Counted from the stretch's first letter, positions 38,813-52,625 are shown. The stretch is DNA of 64,000 nt from Lytechinus pictus (GCF_037042905.1 NC_087251.1:23500001-23564000); one strand, 5' to 3'. Numbers and translations: made by a program. Notes: generated from the sequence alone by a model not told the origin.

Positions 38813-40831
38813 AACATGTAGATTAGATGAAGAACTGCAAATAAAAGTAGGCATAGTATGAAGAAAGTTTTATATTGATGGTGTCACAGAATCACAATGA
38901 ATAACATTAATGATGTGGGTATGTGTAAACACTGGAAAGACAAGTGAGTGGGGAGAAAGAGAGGGAGAGAGAAGAGTAGAGAACACAAGAAAATGTGAGA
39001 ATAAAATTTAGAAGAGAAAGAGAGACGACAAGAAAATGGAGGGAGAACATGGATGAAAATATGGAGAAATCGCCCGGAGAAATCGAAGGGGGAAAGGTGA
39101 GAATGGGAGGGGGTTCTGTAGAAAGAGAGAATAATAAAAGAAAGAAGATTTTGCTACATAATTGTCCTTCACAAATGGAATATCGGCGTCTACGCGTCCT
39201 TGCATTTACCATGTTTACGATTCATATACTCTTTACTTTTTTTACCCCCTCCTTTCTTACCCTGCACTCATAATCCACCGGTAAACAAAAAACTAACTTC
39301 ATTGCTTGGATAATTGTACACCGATATTTGTACTTGAACATGTATAATTCACTATTCATGACCTATAAGGGAGCACCCTTGTGGCTAGCCAGACAAAAAC
39401 ACGTTGTCCAATTTGCTTTGTATCTTTGACCATGAGCCTGGCAGCCAAATAAATTGGTTTTTCGTGATTACATCTTTATTATCCAAGTGGACGCTAAATC
39501 TGCCTGCGCAAGTCTATCTTCTAGGTCTATTGATAATCATATTGCCCATATCAATCAATCAATCTTTATCGGCAGTTTTCTTCTGCCACATGTATAACGA
39601 TTTATTCGCACCCAAGTTTTCGCCCCTTCCGTTGCGCATTTCTATGTAATTCATATCTTGCCTCATAGTAACTTATTTTCATTCTAAACATGACTTCGTG
39701 GAGAGATTAAATTACAAAAAAAAAATCGTTGTTTATCCATTTCCGAGATTGAGACTACCCTAGGCCCATGAAGTTGTTCTTACGAGGTGTAATGTGTGCA
39801 ATGTGCTTATCAAAGTCACGAATGTTCATTGCAATGCAGTTGATATGAATATTTTTGGTTAAATTTTGATAAATATCAATGGTAATTTCTGGGGGGAGTA
39901 GTACTCCCTGGAAATGCTATAATGTATATTATTAGGCTTGTTTCCAAAGTAACACATAGACGAGAGACACGTGACTCTTTTGGGGAGGGGTTTAACCAAA
40001 GTCTCCTTCATTTGGGAGTGAAAACCTTTTTCTTCTTCCTTTTTTGTCATTTTTCTTAACAAACAGCACCCCTTAAAAAAAAAAGTTCTCAGGCCCCTGT
40101 CTCCAATGAGATGTTGAAATCGAATTTTGATGTCGTGTCACTTAAATAAAGAAGCTGGAAAGTCAAAGTCTACAACCCCGCAATATAATAATAAAGATCA
40201 CCTTTCCGACCATTGAATTTTGTTTTCTCATCGGTGGTAAAAAGACAGAGGGTTAAGATGACTGCCCTTGATCATTTGGAAACTCATATCTATAAGAATC
40301 CCTTGGGGAGAAAATTAAAACGCAATACTGGAAATGAAGACGGAAAATGGATCCATCTCATCAAATATTTCTGATTTGAAACGCAACGATAAATACAGAT
40401 GGCACATCTATTCTATCGCCTTCCTCAAAAGAAAACAATGTATTCTCCTTTCTCTTATACGTCTGATAATCATAATCATTATCATCATCCCCGTTATCAG
40501 CATCATCGTCGTCGAAGTCGTTGTCTTGGATCTTTTTCTTCTTCTTTGTCCTCTTCTTCTTCATCTCCTCCATTTTTTCTTTTAATTTTTCTTTTTATTT
40601 TGCTTTCTTTTCTTGATCTATTCCGCTGCCAACTTAATCAAAGTTAAAAAGAACTTAAAATTATTTTTTTCTAAGATAAAATTTATATGAATTTTAAGTA
40701 ATAAATGTGTCTGATATGAGTAACCATTGGATTTGAATTTCGGTTTGTGATTTTTGCACATTCACAATTATTGCTATACGTATCGAATTAATCACATTTG
40801 GTCGACCATTATGTTAATAAATTGTTTGCTA

Positions 40832-41027
40832 CACTCTTAAAAATGTTGGGCAACATACGGTCCACACAACAATTGGTTAAAACTTTATCCAATTCTGGGT
40901 AGTTTTACACCAATAATGTGTAGTTTTCACCCAAAGTACACATTATTGGTGTAAAACTACCCAGAATTGGATAAAGTTTTAACCAATTGTTGTGTGGACC
41001 GTATGTTGCCCAACATTTTTAAGAGTG
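40832..41027. mobile_element. 196-bp perfectly palindromic MITE (CACT.. terminus, TA-flanked; CACTA/EnSpm-like or TA-type)
   Basis: 40830-40922 is the exact reverse complement of 40937-41029, with a 14-nt spacer. Confidence 0.9.
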
Positions 41028-41201
41028 TATAGTTTATTCAAAATTAATAAGTCAATAATAACAAAGAATCATTTTTATCAAAGTTGATATTCTTAAATGA
41101 TAGAGGCAAATTTTCCATGTTTTGCATACTATTATAAAAGCAGTAGCGAAAAATAAAACCTGACATCTGATCACTCATATACTCGAATGCTAGATAAAGT
41201 A

Positions 41202-41468
41202 CACTGGTGAATCCAGGTAGGGGCATATACGACCCGTGCACCCCCTCCCCTTTAAGAGAGACAAAAAATTATATAGGGGAATATGTGAAGATTTGCAAAA
41301 GCATGTGATGACCTTTGTTTGTTTGTTGCTTTTTTTTCTTTTTGCTTGTCATTTTTTACTGGAACAAAATGACCTCCATTGTGTAGTAAAATTTTTTTTT
41401 TTGCTTTGTCAAATTGTTGCTAAAAAAAATCCACCCCCCCCTTTAGAAAATCCTGAATCCGCCCCTGA
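41202..41468. mobile_element. GGCGGATCC-family MITE (decayed)
   Basis: GGTGAATCCAGG ... CCTGAATCCGCCCCTG with subterminal C-runs; a related left end occurs at ~43443. Confidence 0.55.
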
Positions 41469-41649
41469 TGAAGCATAAAGATGAAATGAATGATTTCATG
41501 ACCTACTCCTCCTACTTTGAATGTTGTTACGATTTAGAAGATATCTACATGCTCTTACAAGTGTAAAAGACAAAGGAAATGAAAAGAAAGAACACATAGA
41601 TAGGGAGCCAAGATAATGAACATGATGAATGACCAAGATCGATGAGTAA

Positions 41650-41713
41650 ATAATGATTATAATAATTATAACATCGATGATAAATGATAAATGAAAAACA
41701 ATAGTGCTTGTAC

Positions 41714-41746
<33 letters not shown>

Positions 41747-41945
41747 GACGACGACGGCGACTACTACTACTACTACTACTATACTACTAATAATAATAAT
41801 AATAACAATAATGATAAAAATAAAATGATAATGATAATAACTAGTATAATAATAGTAATGATAATAATAATGATGATGATGATGATGATAACAAAAATGA
41901 AATAATAACAATTGTGATAATGATATTGAAAATGATGAGTAATTC
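41650..41945. repeat. Compound AAT/ACT/ACG/GAT microsatellite
   Basis: Direct reading. Confidence 0.85.
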
Positions 41946-43699
41946 ATGATAATCGCGACAAAACAATTCTAGTAAACTTCATATTTAGTTTTTAGAAGAC
42001 CTATAAAATAATAAAATGATAAAAAGGTAGGAATAAGAATTGGAGAGAGAGATGGATAGAAGAGTAAACCACTGAGATAAGGATTGACTCTATGTCCTTG
42101 ACATGTTTAAAAACGTGTCTGATAATCTAGATTGTTATGTTGCTCAATATCTGTTCCAGACTAAATGCAGTATTATTGTGGGTTTTTCTTTTCTTTCCTT
42201 TTCTCTATCTCTAAGACTGTTTTGTCCTTCTATGACCTAATTTTTGTGACAAGGCCAAACATATTCCCTAGTTTTTTGTTCCTGGTCTGGGGTTCAGTAC
42301 TCACTTCTAATCTAGTTCAATGATTCCATTCAGATAACTCCAAACAATAATCACCTCAAAACAATCTGAAGTTCGTAATACCATCAACTTGTACTTGAAC
42401 TCTTTCAAAAACTTATCAAATAATTCTTAATTGAATAAACACCGATAGTCATCGTTTTGTGACCTAAGATGTATAGAATTTCGAAAGAGAAGGAAAAGGG
42501 AATTCTCTTTGTTGACATCTGAAGTGTTTTTATTGCACATTCTCCTTGACCCTTCTGCGGTAAGTAATTATACGTCATAAAAATGCAAGCTTTATTTTCC
42601 TGTTTGATCCTACACTGACCGCTCATCGAGGCAAGCAGTGCCTAATCTGAATGTCGAGAGTAATTAGGAATTGTCACAAACTACCTGCAATATCATCCTT
42701 ATATTCTCTCCTCATTTTGGCATCAACAATGAAGAGAAATGCTGGAGGCGGCAGTAATCCAATTATCTCCCATTCTTCCCATTTTTTGTTCTTGACAATT
42801 ATAAAGCAGCATGCACGCCATGGATATGCCCTCTTCATTGCCGATTTATCTTTTGAGTAATTACTGATTATGGAACACCACCCCTCCCCGCAATATTGCG
42901 CAGACGAGCCAAGCCTGGACACAGATGGTCGATTTTCTGAGACCAGAAATGACCCAGTCTCTACAATCGATTAAAGACAAATAGATATAGCCCCAGGGAA
43001 GGTCATTTCAGGTCGTCGCTCATGTCTCAAAATGCGCATGTGCAATGGGTGACGTAACCATGATCAAACTCACACTCAGACATAAAAATCGTTTAATAAA
43101 GACGGCTCAAACTAGGCCTACTAATTAGCAATGGCAATGTTTGCAGTTTTACCAGCTTTATCTGACCGTTGTTTCCAGGATAGATGATTTGCAACGGGTC
43201 AAATGACGTTTTTAATAGCATAATTAATCATTTGTGGTTTCTGAAGGGTCACGAATCTGAAAGGAAAGTCCCAATTATTAGATATTTATATTTTGAGAAA
43301 ATGTGACATGCTTCTTCACTTAAAAATAAAACTTCTTTCTATCAATTTATTATTCTTCGGCTGATACATCCCCCTGTAGGCCTGTATGTGTAAATATCCG
43401 ATCCGATCTGTTGGTAATTTTGAGATCCGTTAATCATAAACCCACTGGCAGATCCAGGGGGGGCACAGCCGGCCCCGTGCCCCCCTTGAGAGGCACAATT
43501 AAAATTTGTTATGTAAAAAAAGCCGTTAAAACAGAAGTGTGCCTCCCCCCTTTGAAAGTGAAGACCCCCCTTTTTTTTTGCTTGTCAATATTTTTCGTGG
43601 ACGAAATACCCTTAATTTTTGGTTAAATCAACATTAACAAAATTCCATCCTCAGAAGGCATATTAAGATATTCTTCAGTTACAGAAATTAATAATGATA

Positions 43700-44040
43700 G
43701 AATATCTTACAACTTAAATCTTAATTTCCGAAAATGGCTTGTAAGTTTATTATTTTTCTTGGCAATACGATATTCAATATCCTTGTTAGAAGTCAAATAT
43801 GCTTTATTAACCGTCAAAAGTTGGTGGTTTGATATAAAATTTACAAATATGAATATAATATTTAAGCAAAAGAAACAAATATGTAAGGAATTTATCATCA
43901 ATATAACCGAACATCTTTTCAAATTTTAAAACATTCTGTAAATCAGGCTTTTTGGTTTCCTAAATAATAGCTTTTATAACTTCATCCCAAATGGGTTTCA
44001 CAACAGGACATTCAATAAAAAGATGGATATGATCATTATT
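43700..44040 (-). pseudogene. Decayed L1/Tx1-clade LINE ORF2 C-terminal fragment
   Basis: Minus strand gives HIHLFIECPVVKPIWDEV and AYL..KDIEYRIAKKNNKLTSHFRK, typical of the Tx1/L1 ORF2 end. Confidence 0.7.
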
Positions 44041-44629
44041 AATGGGCTATGAACCTAATTATATTATATTACTTTATTGATCAGAAAAAGAAAAAGAAAA
44101 ACAATCACACCAAAATGCATCGTCCCGAAGATATGTAAATAAAACGAAAACTTCAAATTTTTCGACACATATATTTATTTATATAAAACACAATATTTTT
44201 ATTGACATAAAACACAGTTATGTTATGAAAGTTTTCGAATCACATTTTTACCTACATAAAACACAATCAGATTTTTTTTTATCGTTCATACACATAATGT
44301 GACCTTTCATATTTATTAAAGAAGTCATTGGACTAGCATTGTTATAAATATCAGGGCTACATTTCACATAACCATGAAATACGTTTCTTAAAAGATTTCA
44401 GTCAAAACAATAAAAATATTAACGATAAATAAGGATGTCCTATAAAAGGAAATATTTTGTCATTGATTATAATGATCAATATCATTAGCAATTAAACCTT
44501 ACTTTTATGTAATTGTGTGTAGGAACGAAAGCTGATTGAGTTGTGTGAAACCTCTCAATAAGGATATCATAAAACTTTAGAATAAATGTCAAAGTACTGC
44601 AGTAATTATCTTGATCAATATAAAAGTCC

Positions 44630-45120
44630 TCATCACAATCATCATCATCGTTATCGTCAGCGTCATCGTTATCATCATCATGATCGTCGTCATCATCATC
44701 ATCATCATCATCATTACCATGATCAACAATTATCGCCGCCGTCTCCACCACCACCACCACCATGCGGCAACACTAGCATCCTTCTCGTAGATAATATCAT
44801 ACCCATTACTACCATCATCACCATAATCTTCAACGTCATCTTCATCATTATCATTATCATCACCATCTTTAACATCATCATCGTTATCATCATTACCATC
44901 ATCACCACCACCACCACCATCTTCAACATCATCACCATTTTTATCATCATCACCACCACCATCACCATCGACACCAACATCACCAACATCACCAACACGA
45001 CCACAACCGCCTCCAAGCCCACCATCATCATCATCATCATCATCACCATCGACACCAACATCACCAAGCCTCCAAGCCCACCATCATCGTCCTCTTCAAT
45101 CACCATCAATCGTTATCAAT
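44630..45120. repeat. Degenerate CAT/CAC microsatellite
   Basis: Direct reading. Confidence 0.9.
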
Positions 45121-46159
45121 CAGAACTTCGAAAGCATCATGTGATACTCCTATTCACAATGATCCAAGAGATGGCGGTATTATAAAAACTCATGCAGCGC
45201 TATACACTGTCAGGTACCAGAAGCATCTTTGCCTGGGTGTGATTGGAGATTGATAATAAATTTATAACGGATGGAAGTCGTGTGACTGAAGACTTTATCA
45301 ATACATTATTCTCAACTTGTTTTCCATGAGGATATGTTGTTGTTGTTGATTGTGTTTTAACGGCGCTCTCATTAAAAAAAAAAGGAATATATGCGCCAAT
45401 CAAAATTATCTTATACCATTTTAATGTTTTTATTTGATTATGTTCAGTAGATAATGGCTAATATTGGCTTAGATTTCGAGAAATATAAGACACAGAATAA
45501 AACCCCGAGGTGTAGCATATAATCTTGGTGGAAGTTGCAGCTTTTGTCTTTGCGTTTACAAGTCTGATGCTGTTGTTACCCAAATCGACGGCGATACGTC
45601 TGATTCGAAAAACTATATGCACAGAGGCTGCCGTACACAGTCTTCCACATAAGACGTATTGCCGATGTTCATAAACCAGAAAAAAGAATACTTTAACAAA
45701 AATAAAGTAAGTGATATTCAAGAGGGTGGTAACATTAAACGGGGGTAAACCCCATGTGTTTGGTTGCGGGAGGAGTAAATTTTGAAAAATGTATATCACA
45801 CACAAAGATATTATTCTATTCCATCCTGGATTTTTTTTTCTTTTTACATCTGTCTGGTTTTTTTTTACAGTTTCCTAAAGAAATGGTTTAATTCAATAAC
45901 AACAAATATAGAAAAAAAATTACAAGAAACATTTGATGGTCATTATGAAATTCGATAATCATCACTCCCATCATCATGATCATTGTCTTCTACTCTCTCC
46001 TAATCATTATGATCATGTTCGTCATATGATTCATCATAATTATTATAATGTTCTACCGTAAATTATTAGGGATGATAATACAGGCCACCCCCCCCCCCCG
46101 ATCGATGCCCATGGCAACCATCGTTATCACATATCCTCCTAATCAATTAACTTAAGTAG

Positions 46160-46671
46160 TATCATCATCATCATCATCACCAGTAACATCATCATCATCA
46201 TCACTACCATCATCATCATCATCACTACCATCACCATCATCATCATCATCAGTGGCGGACCGTGACCCGGAGGAGACAAAGCATTGGAGGGGCACAGCAT
46301 TGTTCACAAACAATACAGTGCCCCTCCAATGCTTTGTCTCCTCCGGGTCACGGTCCGCCACTGATCTTCATCATCACATCATCATCATCATCATCATCAT
46401 CACTACCATTATCATCATCATCATCATCATCACATCATCATCATCACTACCATCATCATCATCATCACCACCACCATCACCACCACCACCACCATCACCA
46501 TCACCATCATCATCATCATCATCATCACCACCACCACCACCATCATCATCATCACTACCATCATCATCATCGCCATCATCACCACCACCAACACCAACAC
46601 CACCACCATCATCATCATCATCACCACTACCATCATCATCATCATAATCATCATCATCATCATCATCATCA

Positions 46672-46757
<86 letters not shown>

Positions 46758-46941
46758 CTACCATCATCATCATCATCATCATCATCATCACTACCATCAT
46801 CATCATCATCATCATCATCACATCATCATCATCATCATCACTACCATCACCATCATCATCATCATCATCACTACCATCATCATCATCATCGTCATCATCA
46901 CCACCACCACCACCACCATCACCATTACCATCATCATCATC

Positions 46942-46975
<34 letters not shown>

Positions 46976-47105
46976 TCACTACCATCATCATCATCGCCAT
47001 CATCACCACCACCAACACCATCATCATCATCATCATCATCACCACCACCACCACCATCATCATCATCACTACCATCACCACCACCATCAACAACAATAAC
47101 ATCAA
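46160..47105. repeat. ~950-bp CAT/CAC microsatellite
   Basis: Direct reading; the source of the poly-H/I/S/M pseudo-ORFs. Confidence 0.95.
46250..46363. mobile_element. 114-bp hairpin hAT-like mini-MITE inside a CAT microsatellite
   Basis: Perfect 46-bp arms CAGTGGCGGA...GGGCAC / GTGCCC...TCCGCCACTG; flanking 8-mers ATCATCAT / ATCTTCAT. Confidence 0.85.
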
Positions 47106-47739
47106 TATCCTATATAAGGGCCATTACAATAAATTAATTTTCAAAGACTCAAGCTTTATGTGATCGGAAAAAGCGAAACAGGAAAACGTAACTGTTTGTT
47201 GGTTAATAACCTCACTGTATACGGTACGTATAAACATTTTGCACTTTGTAAAGTCCTGGCAATTGTGGATATATCGTCAGACAGATCATTTCATACCTCT
47301 TTCTATATTTTTTTAGATCATATTCCGTTGAAAATTTAATTAATGGAATTTACATTACATGATAAATGGGGATGGGGATGCTCGCATATGACGATACAAA
47401 TTAAAAACTTCACAAATTCATTACTATCTTGTTCTCTGATGAATTCTCATTCACGAATTGCACGTCTTCTCTACTTTTTCTATTATTGAAACCTACTTAT
47501 TGTCAGGGTGCATTTCCCATCTAAAATTGCTCGAAAAGAAATAAAGAAAATGTCCCTGAATAAGTATTTCAGTTACGTTGGGTATCTTTCAGCACTCTAA
47601 TCAGACGTTATTATCTTTTAGATTTATAAAAAGAATGAAAGTGATACCTGACACTGAAACATATTTTCTTTCATGCAGGCCCATACAGGCTGCAGCTGTT
47701 TTGTTGCTATAACATGTCGCCTCCTTATTAAAGACAACT

Positions 47740-48130
47740 TACACCATGTTCATGTTAACCTTGATCTGCTGAAGTCATATTAGTAATAACACATAATTAT
47801 GACTGGCCAAAAACGTGACAAAAATGGAAAGTGACCGCTTCTCCCAGTATGATGCGGACTCACTCTTGCATAACGGTCACTCAAAAGCGGAACGGTCATT
47901 AACAGCAAATTAAAGACCTTGCCGCGTTGCAGCATCCTGAAGTGCCGAAGTCATTAAAGAATATCTTGTCATATTCAGTGTAATTGCGACAAACATTGTC
48001 GCCATCTTCTCTCACTGGAACCGAAAACAGAGACTTCAAAACTTGAAGAAAGCGATACTGTCTGACTGTGAACACGAAATGGGAGTCAATGAACCCAGGA
48101 TATAAACGACAGACTATCGTCAGCATGGTA
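47740..48130 (-). pseudogene. Possible decayed rhodopsin-class GPCR fragment
   Basis: Ordered segments in shifting frames: ATMFVAITLNMTRY (TM3-like), LLLMTVPLL (TM4-like), FWPVIIMCYY (TM5-like). Multiple stops; judged by eye only. Confidence 0.25.
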
Positions 48131-49450
48131 AAATGCTGTTGGGGTATATAAAGGGAGTGCGTTGGAAAGATTGAAAATACATTGTAATCACATGATTATA
48201 ATGTATTTATAATGTGTTTACATGATTTACCGAACTATACCGCATCTATTATGTCTATAAGAAATATAAATCAAATCTAAGAAGATTATCTCTTTTTAAG
48301 TTGATACAATAATAATGTCGGGATCACTAAAAGGTATACTAAAGTAATCTTCATTCGAACTAATTTTGAGGCGGCCATGGCTACAATACTCTAGAAAAAT
48401 CTCAAACAGAATAACACAAAAACAGTGATGCGTCGCAAGGGTGGTGCTACGTGAGGAAGGGGGAAGGCAACCGCTCTTTATGATTTTTTTAGGAGTCGAA
48501 AATCGATGAAAAGGAGAAGAAAGGGGAAGAAAAGGAGGAAAATATGAAGAAAAGGGAGAAACGAAGGGTAAAAAACAGGAATTTGTCGTGTAGATCTAAA
48601 TTATCCATGTTCTTCCAATTTAAGAAAAAGCTGCGCAAGCTTTTTTGAGCGAGATATGTAATAACATAACAACAATGTTAAGTAAGGGTCCAATGAGGGT
48701 ATTAGACCTTGACACACTGACATCATTGACCGGATCGTTCCGGAGAACGGTTACTCAAGAACCGAGTCATACCAAAGACTTATAGTTAGACCTTCTACCT
48801 GCCCCCCCATCCCTGTTAGAATAATTGTAGCAGAGAAAATAATGCATTCTTCCCACATCTTTGTTTCTTACTTGTCTTTGGGGGAGGGGCGTCAATTATG
48901 TCTTTCCGACAATGTTTACCTTGCTTATACAAAACAATCTGCATTAATATCTGCCCCTTGACATTAATGAAACCCTGGATCCACCGCTTGTTGCACTGTG
49001 CACACTTGTTAGTAGATAATGACAAATTGTCAGATAGAATAAAAGATTAGGCCTACATTAAGGACATGCTGTGTGACTATAACTAGATGACATCGCAAGT
49101 CTGATAGACGTATCGGAAAAAATATACAATGTAAAAAATAGATCGAACAATATTTCAGTTCCCGATTGTATTTTTGTGATATTAAAACCATTCCTCCACT
49201 GGGTCTTCCATAGCCTAGGAAATTTCAAAATGTGGGGGGGGGGGCAAGGCGAGTTAGCGAAACAACCGATCAGGGGAAGGAGTGTGTGAAAACGATTATC
49301 TATATTTGAAAAAAAAATGTGCAAATTACGGGGGCAAGAATAGCAATGTGGATGGAGGTATGTGACAGCATCCTAGAAAACGATTATGAGAGCAAGCGTT
49401 TCGAACGAGCGAGAAGATGATTCTAACGTGAAACTTGAAACATCGTAATG

Positions 49451-49713
49451 CAGGAGCGGATCCATGAATTTTTGAAAGCAGGGCCGAAGGCCCCGTAACA
49501 CGCACCAAAGGCGAAGAAAAGATTGGAAAAATTCAACCCCATACATGCGATTTCAGCATTACGAGGTCCTAAATTAAACAGGAGTAATACCTCCTTCTTA
49601 CCTTTCTTTCTGTTTTTAAGCGTTTCTTTTGAGTTAAAAAAAGACACCTTTTCTTCAGGTTGCCCCCAAAATAGGGGGCCTGGGCCGGCTTGCTCCCCTT
49701 AGATCCGCCCCTG
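49451..49713. mobile_element. GGCGGATCC-family MITE
   Basis: CAGGAGCGGATCC ... GATCCGCCCCTG flanked by the direct repeat GTAATG. Confidence 0.75.
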
Positions 49714-51466
49714 GTAATGAAGGAGATTGGGCACCGGTGAAATTCAAGTTTGAACCTACATCATGGTAGACAAGAAGGCAATCGTGCTGTTTCATGCCTG
49801 TGTGCGAGGAGATTAGCAACCGAGAGAAGAAATTTGTAGTTTTGTTCTTTTTTTTTCAATGTAAACACAACATATAATTTTATTAATACATTAAGTCAAT
49901 ACATCAAAAGAATACCTCCTGAAGCATGTCATAATCATCTGGATAAGAAAATAACTGTTTAGACATGAATGGAATGCTGCATTATTCAATATTATATACG
50001 CATATAGGGCCTACATATTGTTTTATTTTTCTTTGTGGTAAATCTCTTTTTATCTTATTTTATTTATTTATTCATTTTTTTTTTTGGGGGGGGGGCTTGA
50101 GCCCCACCCCCTGAACTGCGCCTGAGTACAATGGGCAATGGGCCCTATTGCTGCCATACTAAACTTTTCACGTGTCAATTGAACAAGGGTTTTGTAATAT
50201 CCTGTGTTATATATTTACTTGCTAACAAATACCTCTTTGTTTATAATCGTATACGAAAGCTAGTTATGTCTGGAAATTCCATTCTTGAAACGCCGATTTT
50301 CTTAGCAGTCAGGTAAAAAAACTCGGTATGTATACTCGTGAGTTTGTACGGTTATAAGACTCCTCAGTATCGTACATATTCTCCTACATCATTATAACAT
50401 TTTAACAATTAATCTCTTACAGGGTGTTATGGTGTTTTGTATCCTCTCTCCCTCTTTCCCTACCGATTGGATCTTCTGTGTACAAACTACGTCTACACAG
50501 TGCAGCTGATACAATTTATTCAATGGAAGTGGATCACAGAGGCGTAATGAGCCAAAAATACTGAGGGGGGGGGCGAGACATTGGGCGTATTGGACAAAAT
50601 TTGCGAGCGAGTGAAGCGATCGAGTGAGCAAAAATTTAACAAAAATCTAATTTTGTGATAGATTTTGACATAATATTCAGAAAACTATGTCATTGTTCAC
50701 CCTTCTCTCTTTCCTTTTCCTCTCATACCTTTTTTATATTTAAAAAATTAGGATCCATGGCCCCAAGGCCCCCCCCCCCAACCCTCGCTGCAGTCAGTGC
50801 AGTGCATTTGGATCAAAATTCTACATTCGACATGTGGATAGTGACCATTTGCTATGGTAAAAGTTCAATCCTTTCTCTGCTATTTCATGTATTCAATTTT
50901 CTGTTTCGTTCTAAAAGAAAGGAAACATTGGAAATTTAATTCTGCCTCTCGAAATAGTACAGCCAATATAGAATATGAGGTGATGGTTAATTTCATGCAT
51001 ATCTGTTTGCAAAGAAAACACACGAAATGTGACTTTATGATTACTGTTTGATAATTGCTTCTATTTTATAGTGCGGTTTTGAATACGTGCCGAGCACCTG
51101 TACTGTTTGCAAAAGTGAAGGACGCATCCATTATGTATATGGGGTCCCAATGAATTCGTTGATAATTTTATATAAAATATCAAACATTCCGAATGACACA
51201 AAAAACAATTTGATATTGTATAAAGGTGATGAATGAAAGATTATGGTTCCAGAAATATGTTGATTTATTTTTTTTAATTTAAATTGAAAATATTCACATA
51301 TTGACAGTAATTAATAATACCCCTATATAATGAAACCGCCTATAAGGGTTAACTCGAGGTCGTATCCTGGGCATGGTGTACACAAACTTGTTTTGTGGAA
51401 CAGGTGATTGATTACAAATTTCAAATAGACTTTCAGTTTTAACTCGTTGTGACGTATTTATTCACG

Positions 51467-51943
51467 ATGGCAGATTCAGAAGATCAACCTGTATTGTTAA
51501 CAGAAGGAAGCATTGCCCAAGAGGATTCTGAGAAAGATTCTGGGGACCAAGATGTGAAATCCGCGAATGAAACTGAGCCGCCGAACGATGGTGACGGAAG
51601 CGGGGACATCGTCGATCAGCCCGCCGAAACTCCTCCGACGATAAGCGAGGATGCACGTCCTTCAACAGCACCAGAAGCCGGTCTTTCAGCTAGCACTCTT
51701 CAAGAAGTTGAACGTTCTGTATTGAAAGCTGTATCAGAAACACCGTTGCCAGATAGTTTAAATGATGGAGAAGAAGGAGGTGACGATTTTAATGAAGCAA
51801 TACAGCAAGACACCCTGAGTGATAGATTAGATCAACTTCCTTGTGATTTAGGAGATGATATTGAATACATTGCCCCACCAGAAGATCCCTACATGAGAGC
51901 AGTAAACTACATGGAGAAACATAAAGTTATGCAGATGTTTCAG
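51467..51943 (+). CDS. TEX55-like: Coding exon 1 of a TEX55/C3orf30-like protein (acidic low-complexity N-terminus, start of a dimerisation/docking domain)
   Basis: ATG at 51467 (ACGATGG context) opens 159 codons, MADSEDQ...EDPYMRAVNYMEKHKVMQMFQ, ending at CAG|GTAGTT (phase 0 donor). The YMEKHxxxQxFQ motif matches my recollection of the TEX55 C-terminal domain. Confidence 0.8.
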
Positions 51944-52625
51944 GTAGTTAAAAGCGGGGGTTTTATTAATTAGTAAATTAACACAAAGTGGATCTAAAGT
52001 TGAAGATGATGAAGGAAAGAAATGTCTTTGTTACGCCGCAGTTGTAATGTAGGAAAAGACTAAAGACGTTACATGTAAGTGATGCCAAGCAGAATGACAA
52101 TGGTGGTTTCTCATAAATATTCATGACGTATTCATGAATGCGTATGTGATTGTCATAGTTGTCATTCATTTCAAATTTAACTTGGCTGCCAAAATGCTAC
52201 TACTAAAAGTACTAGCAATACAATTTGTAAGAAATGTGCAAGTAGGATGATATGTGTTCCATATAGTGTAGAAATAGGCATAGTCATAACAAGCAATTTT
52301 CCAACCCGCTTGATTTTGACAGCTTCTTTTCCAATGAGAGGTATATGTAGCCAACCTTACCCTCAGTGGGGTGGGGGTGAACAGGAGAACCTATAGATGC
52401 CACAATCTGGTCTGTTTATTCATGTATGGAAATATGTTAATAGGAAAACTAAACAATGGAATCCATATTCATATTCATTTTTTTTATAGATACACTGTAC
52501 AAATCCTTGATGATATTTGAATGATTAAGTCAAATTATCTTGTAATTGTTTTCAGAAGTATAAAGGCTTGGTTTGTGCTCATATTTCCTCAATTTCAATG
52601 CTTTGAATTGTTTTCTATCTTACAG

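Noticed and set aside
44485..47137. Long His/Ser/Ile/Met-rich ORFs (199, 291, 131 aa)
   Set aside because: Translations of CAT/CAC microsatellites and a palindrome that lack stops in several frames.
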